Positions 16,821-26,408 of a DNA stretch of 59,131 nt are shown one piece after another. The translations under genes and the position numbers were made by a program. Position 1 is the first letter of the stretch. Each line of letters begins with the position of its first letter. Source of the DNA: a virus (Duplodnaviria > Caudoviricetes). Location: positions 1 to 59,131 of the IMG/VR virus record IMGVR_UViG_3300029183_000003; one strand, 5' to 3'. The notes beneath the pieces are model-generated. The model ran no database searches and had not been told where the DNA came from. It saw nothing but the letters and a program-made list of their open reading frames with translations.

Positions 16821-17165
16821 TCACGCCTCTTTCGCATTCTCAATCGCTGCAATCGCCGCCAAGCAGCACGCCCAGCGCGGATCAGTCGCGTGCGATCCGA
16901 TGCCCCACGATGGGCCGCTAAACGTGACTTGCCACTGGTAATCATTGTTCGGTGCGGGGCTGTCCTCTGAAAAATGATAGCCCCGCTTTATCATATCCGT
17001 GATCAAGCTCCAACACAGCCGCCAGTCGTCGGTAAACTGCGGCGGCTTTTGCTCAGGTAGCAATGGGTTATCGTAAACCACGGACAAGACGTGTCTATTC
17101 AAATCGTCAGGTTTCATATCGACCTGGCTTTGCCCCGGCCAGTTTCTGCTGTGGGTCGCAATCAT
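16821..17165 (-). CDS. Phage protein (ABA-sandwich/NinX-like)
   Basis: FTDDWRLCWSLI...ACCLAAIAA pattern. Confidence 0.55.
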   Translation of the reverse strand: MIATHSRNWPGQSQVDMKPDDLNRHVLSVVYDNPLLPEQKPPQFTDDWRLCWSLITDMIKRGYHFSEDSPAPNNDYQWQVTFSGPSWGIGSHATDPRWACCLAAIAAIENAKEA

Positions 17166-17180
17166 TATAACATAGATTGA

Positions 17181-17528
17181 TCATTCGTCATCTTTAATTC
17201 TAATTCGCCTAATGATTTCCAATGCCGACTTTAGCCACGCCTTGCCAGCGTAATTGATTTCCATATTAGCCAATTCCATCAGTGCCGCCTCGTTTTGTCC
17301 TACGTCATTGTATTCCCACCGTGCAGAACGCGTCCAGATTATTGCTCTCTCGTCATTAGAACCCTCTGTGTTTATAGCCTCAATTTGATCACCGATCAAT
17401 TGCTCTAGCGTATGAGGGTAGCAAAACATATCGCTTGCGCCGATGCATATTCTGCCCTTGCAATCTGGTGCTTGGCAAACAGGCCAATAGACAGCTGTGT
17501 CTAAGTCAATGCGAACCCAATCGCTCAT
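17181..17528 (-). CDS. Hypothetical Zn-binding protein
   Basis: C-x4-C...FCYPH. Confidence 0.55.
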   Translation of the reverse strand: MSDWVRIDLDTAVYWPVCQAPDCKGRICIGASDMFCYPHTLEQLIGDQIEAINTEGSNDERAIIWTRSARWEYNDVGQNEAALMELANMEINYAGKAWLKSALEIIRRIRIKDDE

Positions 17529-18167
17529 TCATCCCCCTCGGCTACCTCAACCATGCTTACGCAATCCTCACAGAAATATAGCAGTCTACCGATGCTGTCT
17601 TCGTGAACCTGCGTCGCATCGTTGCCGCAGTCGCATTTGTCGGCGAATGGCTGAAGTGGCTGAGTTGTAAAGTCTGGGTTTTCGTGTTGGGTTGTCATTT
17701 AATTACCTCGTCATCAATCAAAGCGTCTATCTCCTCGTGACAAGCAATCATCTTTCGGATAACAACACTCGCACGCTTTAAGTTGATCACCGTATTAGAG
17801 GGCAAGCGGGCATTCGTCGCGCCATCAGGCGGATATGCCTCAAGCTCTCGCGCATATTGTAGTAAAAATGTGTTCGCGTATTGCAAGGCGTCGTGTGCGG
17901 ACATTCTATTTGTCATATTCTCCTCTCTGCCGCGCTGCTGGCGGCGGGTCGCTCGATGCGGCGGGTCATTTGGTTGGGTCGCTATCATCAATCAAACGTT
18001 GTACGAATTCGTTAAATATACCCCATACTCACTAACCAGTCATCAATAGACAAGCCAGATGGGTGTTGACGTTTACCGTTGATCTTCCGCCAAGCGTTGT
18101 AATACGTTCGCCCATGCATCGCTTTAGCCTTCACGACGCTTTCTTGTTTTTTGATAAATTCCTTAGC

Positions 18168-18449
18168 CTACTCTTTGTCAAAAGAGCCGTCATGGCGAGC
18201 GCCTAACGAATGATTGCATCTATTGCATATCCACCAAACATTAAGAGGGTCATCATATCCATTCCAGTGATGGCCTACGATCAAAGGCACTTTTAATCCA
18301 AACGAGTGGTTTACCGTATAGCCCGGCTTGCTTCCACATAGCTCGCAAACTTCTGGCCTAGCCAATTCGCCCTTTTTTATCGCGCTAGTAACCATTCTGG
18401 ACGCCTTTGATTGCGCTCTAATATACTCTTTTGTTCTTACGCTTGCCAT
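18168..18449 (-). CDS. Small HNH-like Zn-finger protein
   Basis: AIKKGELARPEVCELCG...GHH..YDDPLNVWWICNRCN. Confidence 0.75.
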   Translation of the reverse strand: MASVRTKEYIRAQSKASRMVTSAIKKGELARPEVCELCGSKPGYTVNHSFGLKVPLIVGHHWNGYDDPLNVWWICNRCNHSLGARHDGSFDKE

Positions 18450-18541
18450 AATACATTTACTCCTTAAAATGACTCCCGTATCGGGCGTTGTCTGTGGGGC
18501 TTTGCGATTCCCAGACTTCGCTCGGTACTACGAGAGCCGCC

Positions 18542-18766
18542 TTACGAGGCGGCTTTTTTCGCGTCCTCAATGTAGATAAACAAATCTTCCATAGAACACT
18601 CGAAAGTAGCCGCCAGCTTGCGCAAAGTCTCTGCCCGGGTTTTGGATAAATCACCTTCCCAGACAAGTTTGGCTGTAGGCCAAGTTATCTCGGCAGCAAA
18701 GCACAAGCGCTGAATACTTTCTATCCCACGCTCTTTGGCAAGTTCTGCGACTCGACTTTTCATCAT
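18542..18766 (-). CDS. XRE/Cro-like HTH regulator without a peptidase domain
   Basis: ELAKERGI...TLRKLAATFECSMEDLF; AAGGAGG RBS. Confidence 0.85.
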   Translation of the reverse strand: MMKSRVAELAKERGIESIQRLCFAAEITWPTAKLVWEGDLSKTRAETLRKLAATFECSMEDLFIYIEDAKKAAS

Positions 18767-18793
18767 TCCGCCTCCTTTCTAACAGTTTAAGAG

Positions 18794-18908
18794 ATCATAC
18801 CACACTAGCAAGCCAGTGTCAATATGCTTTATAGTATATACCGCTATATTAAAACTCTCAATATGCTTTATATTGATACTTGACAACGAGGCCGAAATAT
18901 GCGATAAT
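18794..18908. promoter_or_regulatory. Divergent promoters with operators (genetic switch)
   Basis: Minus TTGACA(18822)-17-TATGAT; plus TTGACA(18880)-17-GATAAT; TCAATATGCTTTATA at 18819 and 18858 (the second is the palindrome TCAATAT-N5-ATATTGA). Confidence 0.8.
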
Positions 18909-18967
18909 AATATTCAAGAACGAACAGCACCGCCCCCAACCGGGCGACACCTAACGGAGACAGACAA

Positions 18968-19240
18968 ATGCATATTAACAATATTCAATTTAGCCTGAAT
19001 AACTATGGAGATGTAACGGCAGACGCGGGACATCTGAAGCATTTTCTCAATGAAGGTTTTGCAACCAGGATTGTCCGTCATCATGGAAACTTTGATTTAG
19101 TCTCGTACAGGCTAAATCAACGCGGCGTTAAGTGTGCATCACTGGGCAAAACGAGACTGACAGACATTCCTAACACGGAATTCTGGCAGGGGGCGAGAGA
19201 AGTAATCAAGCGGATTGCCAAACAAGAAGCAAGCGCCTGA
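18968..19240 (+). CDS. Hypothetical early protein
   Basis: GGAG RBS; first gene after the plus-strand promoter. Confidence 0.65.
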   Translation: MHINNIQFSLNNYGDVTADAGHLKHFLNEGFATRIVRHHGNFDLVSYRLNQRGVKCASLGKTRLTDIPNTEFWQGAREVIKRIAKQEASA

Positions 19241-19280
19241 ACCCGCCAACGGCCACCAGGCCACACAGCAGCCGCCTCGC
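19228..19280 (+). repeat. 53-bp direct repeat, copy 1
   Basis: Matches 19943-19995 with one mismatch. Confidence 0.95.
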
Positions 19281-19307
19281 AGCAAGGCGGCACCGAAAGG
19301 CAACCGT

Positions 19308-19661
19308 ATGACCCGCATCAACTGCATCCCCGTAACCGAGCTAACCAGCAAGCACCTGCTTGCAGAATACCGAGAGCTACCCCGCGTCCGCCACGCCTAC
19401 CCGCGCAAGGCGTCAGCCAGCATCCCGCCAGCCTACGTACTAGGCAAAGGACACGTCACATTCTTTTATGACAAAGGGTTGTGGTTAGAGCAACGCCACG
19501 CGGCATTGATCGCAGAGATGCGGCGGCGTGGATACACCGTAAATTTGCCGCCGCTGGACTTGGGTCATTGGCCGCAGGGCGCGATGAACAACTGGCGTGT
19601 GACAGATGAGGCGATGCGGTTGAATAGAGAGCGAATTAGCCAGCGACTTGCTGGTAAATAA
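19308..19661 (+). CDS. denV: Pyrimidine-dimer DNA glycosylase / endonuclease V
   Basis: MTRIN...HLLAEYRELPRV with Thr2/Glu23 as in T4 DenV; LGKGHVTFFYDK. Confidence 0.92.
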   Translation: MTRINCIPVTELTSKHLLAEYRELPRVRHAYPRKASASIPPAYVLGKGHVTFFYDKGLWLEQRHAALIAEMRRRGYTVNLPPLDLGHWPQGAMNNWRVTDEAMRLNRERISQRLAGK

Positions 19662-19696
19662 TAACAGCAGCCGCCGAGAGGCGGCGAAAAGGATGA

Positions 19697-19933
19697 ATGA
19701 AGATGGAAGAACCAAGACTAGTATTTTTCATAATGGAGACTGAGACAACTGACGATGGGCAATACATTCCGTGTATTGCCACCGAGGGAGAAAAGGGCTA
19801 TGCGCGGACTAATTGGGCTTGGGGCACTGATAAGGAGCAAGCACAAGAATTGTGTGACGAGCGTAATATGGAGACTTACGGGTTAACGCCGCAAGATGCG
19901 GTAAGAATCCAACTCGCAACGATGCAAGAGTAA
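19697..19933 (+). CDS. Hypothetical protein
   Basis: AAGGA RBS; lies within the repeat-flanked cassette. Confidence 0.65.
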   Translation: MKMEEPRLVFFIMETETTDDGQYIPCIATEGEKGYARTNWAWGTDKEQAQELCDERNMETYGLTPQDAVRIQLATMQE

Positions 19934-19942
19934 TCAACAACC

Positions 19943-19995
19943 AGCAAGCGCCTGAACCCGCCAACGGCCACCAGGCCACATAGCAGCCGCCTCGC
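19943..19995 (+). repeat. 53-bp direct repeat, copy 2
   Basis: Matches 19228-19280. Confidence 0.95.
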
Positions 19996-20253
19996 TACAG
20001 GGGCGGCGGAAAGGATTACGAAATGTTGAATTGTTTAGAGTGTGATTATGTAGCCGCCGAGCAATGTTTTGATTCGGATTATGGCAACGTTTGCCCGCTG
20101 TGTGATGGGGAAGATGTTGTTGAGGTAGAAGACCCTTCGGCAGAGGATGTGGATTATATCGCGGCGACGTATGCATCGCCGTATTAGAGCAAACAAAAAA
20201 CCCGCCTCGGCTGCAACCGAAAGCGGGTTTCAAAGCCAACCCTAGTTAAAGGA

Positions 20254-20547
20254 TTGAAAACGATGAGTAACAGTATACCAGATGGAACCGCCCTTGTCCA
20301 CAGGGGCGAGTGGGAAACGCCCGAACTGATCCTGCTCGACGGCTATCACGAGGACGTAACCATCGGCGAGTGGTTCGTGCAGCTAGACGGCGAGGTTATC
20401 GGCTACGCCGTCACCGAGACCAGCGCACGGCGGCAATACAACGAGGCGCTCAGAATTCGCAACGAACACGCTACGCGCAACCCAGCCAACGTTATGCCCG
20501 ATGCGTATGCGGAGCCGATCATCAACTGGCAGGGGGTGACGATATGA
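20254..20547 (+). CDS. Hypothetical protein
   Basis: Operon packing. Confidence 0.6.
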   Translation: MKTMSNSIPDGTALVHRGEWETPELILLDGYHEDVTIGEWFVQLDGEVIGYAVTETSARRQYNEALRIRNEHATRNPANVMPDAYAEPIINWQGVTI

Positions 20548-21008
20548 TGATGTTATCAGAAATCCGCCACTTGCCGCCAGCGCAGCAAGCCGCGATCTTA
20601 CGCCGACAATCAGAAATACATCTTGAGTTAGCGATGGATTATGATGTGATGGCGCGGTCTTTGGCAGATGACGATTGGATGACTGAGAATTTGCCAGAGA
20701 CATCGGGGGACAAGGGGCTGGGCGAAGGGAACGGGCTTAAGTCTGGGGTGGACTACTAGCCTGTGGGATTGTTCGGCAAGAAGCCGAGCGGCACACACGA
20801 TGTAATATGCGCTTGGTGTGGCGAAAAATGTGGCACATCAAGCGCCAGCGGATCGCACGGTATTTGTTCAAGCTGTAGCGAGAAGATGCTCAAAGAAGCG
20901 AAAGCCGCAAAGAAAAAACGCAAGTAACCAAACCACACGGCGGCAACCGTAGCCGCAGCGCAGCAAGCCGCCGTGTATACTATCATCAAAAAACTTAGGA
21001 GTAGAAAC

Positions 21009-21785
21009 GTGAGTAACAAACTAATCAAAATCAGAGATCAATCAATGGACGTGATGCAGTTAGGCGATGTCCTGAGTAAGTCAGGCTTTTTTCAAGATAC
21101 CAAACAAGCCGCGCAAGCTGTCGTCAAGGTACTGGCTGCAAACGAATTAGGGATTGGCCCGATTGCTGGGATGACTGGTATATACATCGTTAAAGGCAAG
21201 GTCACGCTATCGGCCAACCTGATTGCCGCCGTCATCAAACGCAGCCAAGCGTATGACTATCGTGTTCGGCAAATGGATAGCGACGGATGCCGTATTGAGT
21301 TTTTCCAGAACGGTGAAAGCATAGGCGTATCTGAGTTCACCGCTGCTGATGCAAAGGCGGCTAGTCTCGGAGGTGATAACTGGAAAAAGTATCCGAGAAA
21401 TATGTTATTCGCCCGTGCTATGAGCAATGGCGCGAAGTGGTATTGCCCTGATGTATTTAGCGGCTCGCCAGTCTACACGCCTGACGAGCTGGGCGCTGAG
21501 ATTGACGGCGAGACAGGCGAGATTATCGATGCTATGGATTACGAAGTATCTGAAGAGACCGTCCAGCGTGTGATTGAGGATCGTCAGGACGCCAAACAAG
21601 CAAGCGGAAAGCCAAAGGATGCGATGACTGCATTTTGGACATATGTAAAAGATTCGGGCATTGACAAGCAAGCTGCCTTGCAAACATTAAACCAAGATGC
21701 TGACGGAAATGCAGAACGCGCATTGAGTCTATTGGAAGGCGCGGCTGATGTGATACCACCGGAAGCGGAACCAGTAGCCGCGTAG
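21009..21785 (+). CDS. RecT/ERF-like single-strand annealing protein
   Basis: ELGIGPIAGMTGIYIVKGK...WKKYPRNMLFARA...CPDV; AGGAG RBS before the GTG. Confidence 0.75.
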   Translation: MSNKLIKIRDQSMDVMQLGDVLSKSGFFQDTKQAAQAVVKVLAANELGIGPIAGMTGIYIVKGKVTLSANLIAAVIKRSQAYDYRVRQMDSDGCRIEFFQNGESIGVSEFTAADAKAASLGGDNWKKYPRNMLFARAMSNGAKWYCPDVFSGSPVYTPDELGAEIDGETGEIIDAMDYEVSEETVQRVIEDRQDAKQASGKPKDAMTAFWTYVKDSGIDKQAALQTLNQDADGNAERALSLLEGAADVIPPEAEPVAA

Positions 21786-21838
21786 CGTAGCAGAGGCCCG
21801 CCGCCGTGGGGTGGCGGGCGATATGGAGGGTTGATACG

Positions 21839-22102
21839 ATGGGTTTAGACATTAGCGCATACAGTAATATTGAATATATCGAAAATGTAACTGGTGACGA
21901 ATATGACAGCAAGTATTTTTTCGGAGGTATCCCCAATACTATGTTTGTTCCCAAAATTTACATTGACAAAGAATGGGACTTTGCGAAGCAAGCCAGCGGG
22001 CTTAAAGACGGCGTTTATCGTTACGACGATGCATTAGGATTCCGCGCAGGGGCGTACAGTTACTATAACCGCTGGACTTTTGCGTATGCCGCCCTACAGT
22101 AA
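21839..22102 (+). CDS. Conserved phage protein (MGLDI... family), possibly 3'-truncated
   Basis: MGLDISAY...FRAGAYSYYNRW followed by an abrupt stop. Confidence 0.5.
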   Translation: MGLDISAYSNIEYIENVTGDEYDSKYFFGGIPNTMFVPKIYIDKEWDFAKQASGLKDGVYRYDDALGFRAGAYSYYNRWTFAYAALQ

Positions 22103-22156
22103 ACCCAGCCGACACCGACTAACCGTTGCACGGGAAACGAGGGGAGGTGATGCCTA

Positions 22157-22225
22157 ATGAGCGGAACTGACGACCCTGGATACAGCGGACTAGCGTCAGG
22201 ACCAAAGCAAGCAGCAATGCAGTAA
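22157..22225 (+). CDS. Putative 22-aa peptide MSGTDDPGYSGLASGPKQAAMQ
   Basis: Very strong RBS GGGGAGGTGA 6 nt before the ATG. Confidence 0.4.
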   Translation: MSGTDDPGYSGLASGPKQAAMQ

Positions 22226-22262
22226 CGGGGGCCGCGTATCCGCAGCACGCGGGGAATAAAAG

Positions 22263-22300
22263 CACCCAACTATTGACAAGTATTTATTTGGGTGTACAAT
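22263..22300 (+). promoter_or_regulatory. parA promoter within an inverted repeat
   Basis: TTGACA-16-TACAAT; CACCCAA...TTGGGTG brackets the -35. Confidence 0.6.
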
Positions 22301-22354
22301 GTAAGTAATTATCAATACTCGATTATGTGCGTTGTAAATATCAGGAAGGGCAAT

Positions 22355-23131
22355 ATGACAAAAATTATTACACCAGTATCGCAAAAAGGCGGCGTAGGCA
22401 AAACATCGACCATTCAGAACCTTGCCTCGGTACTGTCAGAGAATCACACTGTATTTTTGATTGATTTTGACCCGCAAGGAAATTTAACGCAGGGTTACGG
22501 TATTGATCCATACGAAGACAATATGCCAACCGTTCTTGATGTTTTGCTTAAGCGAGCGACCTTGGCTGATGTGGCGAAAGTTTTGAATGATAATATGGTT
22601 GTCGCTCCGGCTAATCTTTTGCTGGCTAATGCAGAGCTAAACGTTAATCAGACTGAAGGCAAGGAATGGCACTTGAAGCAAGCGATTGAACCTTTGGTCG
22701 AACGTGTTGATTATATTTTAATCGACGTGCCGCCATCCCTAGGATTCTTGACTACTAACGCTTTGTATTGTTCAACGCATTATTTTATCCCATTGCAACT
22801 ACATCCGTATGCGTTTTATGCGATAGACGGCATCGAGGCGATTGTAGAGACGATGAACGAGCGAACGCATGGTGGCAGGTCTGAACCGATTGAATTTTTA
22901 GGCGCATTGATCACGATGTACGATCCGCGATCAAATCTGGCTAGTTCCATTGAAGAATTGGTTGTCAATCATTTTAACGGCAAGACGTTTGACACTAGGG
23001 TTCCGCAAAACATCAAGGTCGCTGAGGCTACATCAATGGGGGAATCTGTTATCACTTACGAGCCTCAATGCAAGGGCGCTGTTGCATATCGAAATTTTGC
23101 AAATGAGGTTATGGCTCGTGTCAAAAAGTAA
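22355..23131 (+). CDS. parA: ParA/Soj partition ATPase
   Basis: QKGGVGKT, IDFDPQGN, YILIDVPPSLG, TMYD. Confidence 0.95.
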   Translation: MTKIITPVSQKGGVGKTSTIQNLASVLSENHTVFLIDFDPQGNLTQGYGIDPYEDNMPTVLDVLLKRATLADVAKVLNDNMVVAPANLLLANAELNVNQTEGKEWHLKQAIEPLVERVDYILIDVPPSLGFLTTNALYCSTHYFIPLQLHPYAFYAIDGIEAIVETMNERTHGGRSEPIEFLGALITMYDPRSNLASSIEELVVNHFNGKTFDTRVPQNIKVAEATSMGESVITYEPQCKGAVAYRNFANEVMARVKK

Positions 23132-23525
23132 AAGCAAGATTAAGGCGTCCCTGGTTGCTGGGCCTGGGGCAACATCTCACGTCGGCGGCGATTCTGGAAT
23201 CGAGATACCTTTAACAGAAGAGGAATTGGCGGCGGCGGAGAGAGAAGCCCGTACTGAGGCTAAGAAAGCAAGGATCAGAGAACGCCGTGCCACATTCGAC
23301 CTTGATCCTGCCATTAGAAGATTGTTACGTGTATGGTCAGGGCGTTACGGTGTACCACAAAGCCAGATGGTGATGCTTGCCGTCGTAGAGTTAAAGGGGC
23401 TGATAGAATCGGGCGAGATAAGTATTGAGGCGATGCGGTCAGAATCAGATAGCCCGAAGTTTGCCTACAATCTTGAGTTAAACGAAGCAATAGCGGCAGC
23501 CGCCGCCGAAAGCGAGATGAGATGA
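23118..23525 (+). CDS. ParA partner, RHH-type centromere-binding protein (type Ib-like)
   Basis: Overlaps the parA stop; unstructured N-terminus then RRATFDLDPAIRRLL...YGVPQSQMV. Confidence 0.65.
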   Translation: MSKSKSKIKASLVAGPGATSHVGGDSGIEIPLTEEELAAAEREARTEAKKARIRERRATFDLDPAIRRLLRVWSGRYGVPQSQMVMLAVVELKGLIESGEISIEAMRSESDSPKFAYNLELNEAIAAAAAESEMR

Positions 23526-23737
23526 GTAACCAGGAAGTCACTTCACTGGCAACTGAGTATCCAAAGATGCAGGCGTATTGTCGAGAATTGCTGAAATCGT
23601 ATCAGGAAATTGGGCCTGCTGGTCGATTTGGTGCAATGATGATTGAGCAGACGTTGCGCGAAGCTGACGAGGCCATAGCCAACGGTGACACAGTAGCAAT
23701 GTTGGTGGCTTACGATAAGATGAAAAATCACAAATAA
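23522..23737 (+). CDS. Conserved phage hypothetical protein
   Basis: YQEIGPAGRFGAMMIE...GDTVAMLVAY. Confidence 0.7.
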   Translation: MSNQEVTSLATEYPKMQAYCRELLKSYQEIGPAGRFGAMMIEQTLREADEAIANGDTVAMLVAYDKMKNHK

Positions 23738-23803
23738 ACCAAAAGCGGCCCCGGCACGCCCTGTAAGCCGCCGAGGCCATCACCCCCGGATCGGAGATGA
23801 AAC

Positions 23804-24121
23804 GTGAGTATACAAGATTACGCCCCAGAAAGCCAGTATTACCAGCAAGCCGAATTCGATGTCGAAGAAATGGTTACATTGCATCCGTTAGCGATGCGGA
23901 TTCCAAACGAACACGGCATCTATCAGACAAGTAAGATCAAGCAGGTAGAGACGATAACGGCGGCTGAATTGCAAGAGCGTTTCGGAGGTTGTTGCAAGCA
24001 AATCCGTGTCTGCCTGGGTGATGTGCAATCTGAAGATGAACTGCTGGCGCAATCGAAGATGGTTATAGCCTACGGTTTCGGTCTCGATTGCTGGTACATT
24101 GTAAAGCGCGAAACGCAGTAA
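23804..24121 (+). CDS. Hypothetical protein
   Basis: GGAG RBS. Confidence 0.6.
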   Translation: MSIQDYAPESQYYQQAEFDVEEMVTLHPLAMRIPNEHGIYQTSKIKQVETITAAELQERFGGCCKQIRVCLGDVQSEDELLAQSKMVIAYGFGLDCWYIVKRETQ

Positions 24122-24192
24122 AAAAAGTGGCGGCTACCGTTTGCGCGGTGAGCCGCCGAAAGCCATAACTGAGATTAGAAAGGACACAAGTT

Positions 24193-24483
24193 ATGACCAC
24201 GATATTTTACAACACATACCCTCAACCTACAATTGAACACAAGCCCCACAACCGTCAAAGATTGCTATTTGCGGCGATTGCGATAGGTCTTGCGGCAATG
24301 GTGCTAGAAAATTTGTTCTCGCTACTGTTTGACGAGATAAAGCGGGGATTAGTATCATTTAGCCAGTCTCATCGGGCGTTGTATATCGTGGCAGTTGCAA
24401 TCGTTGCTGGTATAGGGGATGCGGTGTTAGCGTTTCCGGAATCATTTGTACGTTCAATATTAGAAGCCGTGGTGATATTATGA
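24193..24483 (+). CDS. Two-TM membrane protein
   Basis: Two hydrophobic helices; ATGA-coupled to the ATPase gene. Confidence 0.7.
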   Translation: MTTIFYNTYPQPTIEHKPHNRQRLLFAAIAIGLAAMVLENLFSLLFDEIKRGLVSFSQSHRALYIVAVAIVAGIGDAVLAFPESFVRSILEAVVIL

Positions 24484-25775
24484 AGCAAAATCGAAGTATA
24501 ATAATCGGGTTGTCTGTCATAGGCGGCGTGAGTATGTGTGTGGCAATTCCGTTTGTTATTGGTGCTTGGGATACGATCAGTGCTATGGCTCCGGTATTGT
24601 CTGTGTTCTTTGCGGGCGTCCTAGTACTGATTGGTGGTAGTGTAGCCGCCAGGCAGCTATCTGGTGCGTACACAACCATTCACGTAGACAAAACCGAACG
24701 TAAAACTGTGAGTGCTAATCACCAATTCGATATGCAACGACAGGCTCTTGAAATGCAAGAGCAAATGTTGAGGTTGACCGCGCAAGTGGAAATGTTGCCT
24801 GAAATGATGCGTCAGATAGCTTTGGATTTAGCGATGCCTCGCGGCGGCGTTGCTGGAATCGAAATGAAGGAATATCCGGCGATGGTTGCACGGAAAGCGC
24901 AACAGGCAATCCAGCCGCCGATACAGTCCGCGCTTAAGCCGCTGATGCACGAATTGCAAAACGCTGATAATATTTTGGTGGTCGGTGCTAAAGGAACTGG
25001 TAAGACATCGCTACTGCAACATATTGAGCATATTCGCCGTCAATACGGTAAAATCATCGTACTAGACAGTCACGCACAGCCGTCGCAGTGGCAAGGCGAT
25101 GTAATCGGAATCGGGCGGCAATATGAAACAATTAAGACTGCGATGGTGAATTTGACCAATAGACTTCATGGCCGATACCAACGATGGGCCAAGGGCGAAT
25201 CGACGTTTGAGCCTATCCACACATTTATCGATGAATTCACATTATTACCTGACGCGCTGAAGCAAGCCGATTACGATGTGCAACAATACTCGATCCCAGC
25301 GCTGACCGAAGGGCGCAAGGTCAGGATGAATTGCATTTGGGGCATCCACTCAGATCGCGTCAAAGCGATGGGGCTGGAGGGCAAGGGTGATATTAAAGAG
25401 TGCTTCGACGCTGTAGTCTACCTAAAGCACAACGCGCAGACTGATGAACGATATGCATTAGTGGACTTTGGCGATGGTGTAGACAAAGATACGCGATACG
25501 CCCACCCCGGCCCATTTGTGATCCACGGGCAGGCGCAGACGGTCACAGAAGCAGCGCCAATGCTTTTAGATGCACCACCTGCACTGTCCATATTAGATGG
25601 TCAGGTAATAGAAGCTGAAATAGCGGCATACGAAGAATACATATCTACTAATAGTCTTAGTGCGGCGTGGCGCAAGTTGTATTTTTTGCGCGAGGGCAAG
25701 AAATTCGGTAGCCGTCCTAACAGTACACAGCTATCCGAAATCCGCGCGATAATCGCGCGATTAGAGGGTGGTTAG
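24480..25775 (+). CDS. Membrane-anchored FtsK/HerA-superfamily (TraB-like) ATPase
   Basis: Two N-terminal TM helices, coiled coil, Walker A GAKGTGKT, Walker B FIDEF, EGRKVR, short C-terminal helical domain. Confidence 0.7.
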   Translation: MKQNRSIIIGLSVIGGVSMCVAIPFVIGAWDTISAMAPVLSVFFAGVLVLIGGSVAARQLSGAYTTIHVDKTERKTVSANHQFDMQRQALEMQEQMLRLTAQVEMLPEMMRQIALDLAMPRGGVAGIEMKEYPAMVARKAQQAIQPPIQSALKPLMHELQNADNILVVGAKGTGKTSLLQHIEHIRRQYGKIIVLDSHAQPSQWQGDVIGIGRQYETIKTAMVNLTNRLHGRYQRWAKGESTFEPIHTFIDEFTLLPDALKQADYDVQQYSIPALTEGRKVRMNCIWGIHSDRVKAMGLEGKGDIKECFDAVVYLKHNAQTDERYALVDFGDGVDKDTRYAHPGPFVIHGQAQTVTEAAPMLLDAPPALSILDGQVIEAEIAAYEEYISTNSLSAAWRKLYFLREGKKFGSRPNSTQLSEIRAIIARLEGG

Positions 25776-25804
25776 ACGCGACTCGCGCGATAATCGCGCG
25801 ATTA
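25743..25804. repeat. 2 x 21-bp CGCGCGATAATCGCGCGATTA (4 x CGCGCGAT)
   Basis: Copies at 25743-25763 and 25784-25804 straddle the ATPase stop codon. Confidence 0.9.
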
Positions 25805-25823
25805 TTTGCTTGTAGAGGTTTAT

Positions 25824-26354
25824 ATGATTTACTTTATACAAGAAACAGGGTTGTTCAAAAGCAAAGTAAAAATAGGTTACTCACAAAACGTTCAAAGAAG
25901 AATGATGAGTTTCAGATCGGCAAATTCGACACGATTGAGGCTTTTGCTTGTGTTGCCTGGCGACCAAGTAGTCGAAAGTCTATATCACGAAAAGTTTAAA
26001 AAATACAGAGTACATGGCGAATGGTTCAGGTACGGATGGAAGCTGAGAGTGTTTGTGTTTTTAAATTGGTTTCGACCAATATTATTTGACTCAAGCTCAG
26101 ATGAAATGTCTCAGAATTTTGTCTACAAAGAACCAATAGAAATTCAAAATTTAACGGACGAAGAGGTGAAGGATCATATTGTCAACGCCTATACGGATGG
26201 CGAAAGCCTAAACGGATGCTGTAGATTGTATCACTCTTTGTCTACGGGGGAAGAATGGCCTAGAGGAAAACGTTTGGGAAGTCAACACACAAGATTTATT
26301 ACTAGTATAGTTGAATCAAAAGCCAGCATTGATATTCTGGCTGAGGAATCGTAG
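25824..26354 (+). CDS. T5orf172/GIY-YIG-like protein with C-terminal helical domain
   Basis: MIYFIQ...VKIGYS...R...E..YHEKF..YRVHGEWF. Confidence 0.8.
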   Translation: MIYFIQETGLFKSKVKIGYSQNVQRRMMSFRSANSTRLRLLLVLPGDQVVESLYHEKFKKYRVHGEWFRYGWKLRVFVFLNWFRPILFDSSSDEMSQNFVYKEPIEIQNLTDEEVKDHIVNAYTDGESLNGCCRLYHSLSTGEEWPRGKRLGSQHTRFITSIVESKASIDILAEES

Positions 26355-26408
26355 ATTTACGCAGGAAATAACAAGCCGCCAGCAATCGGCGGCGAAAGGC
26401 GAGAGGCG

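Noticed and set aside
22157-22225. Arbitrium AimP peptide
   Set aside because: No signal peptide, and no TPR/AimR receptor is visible in the genome.
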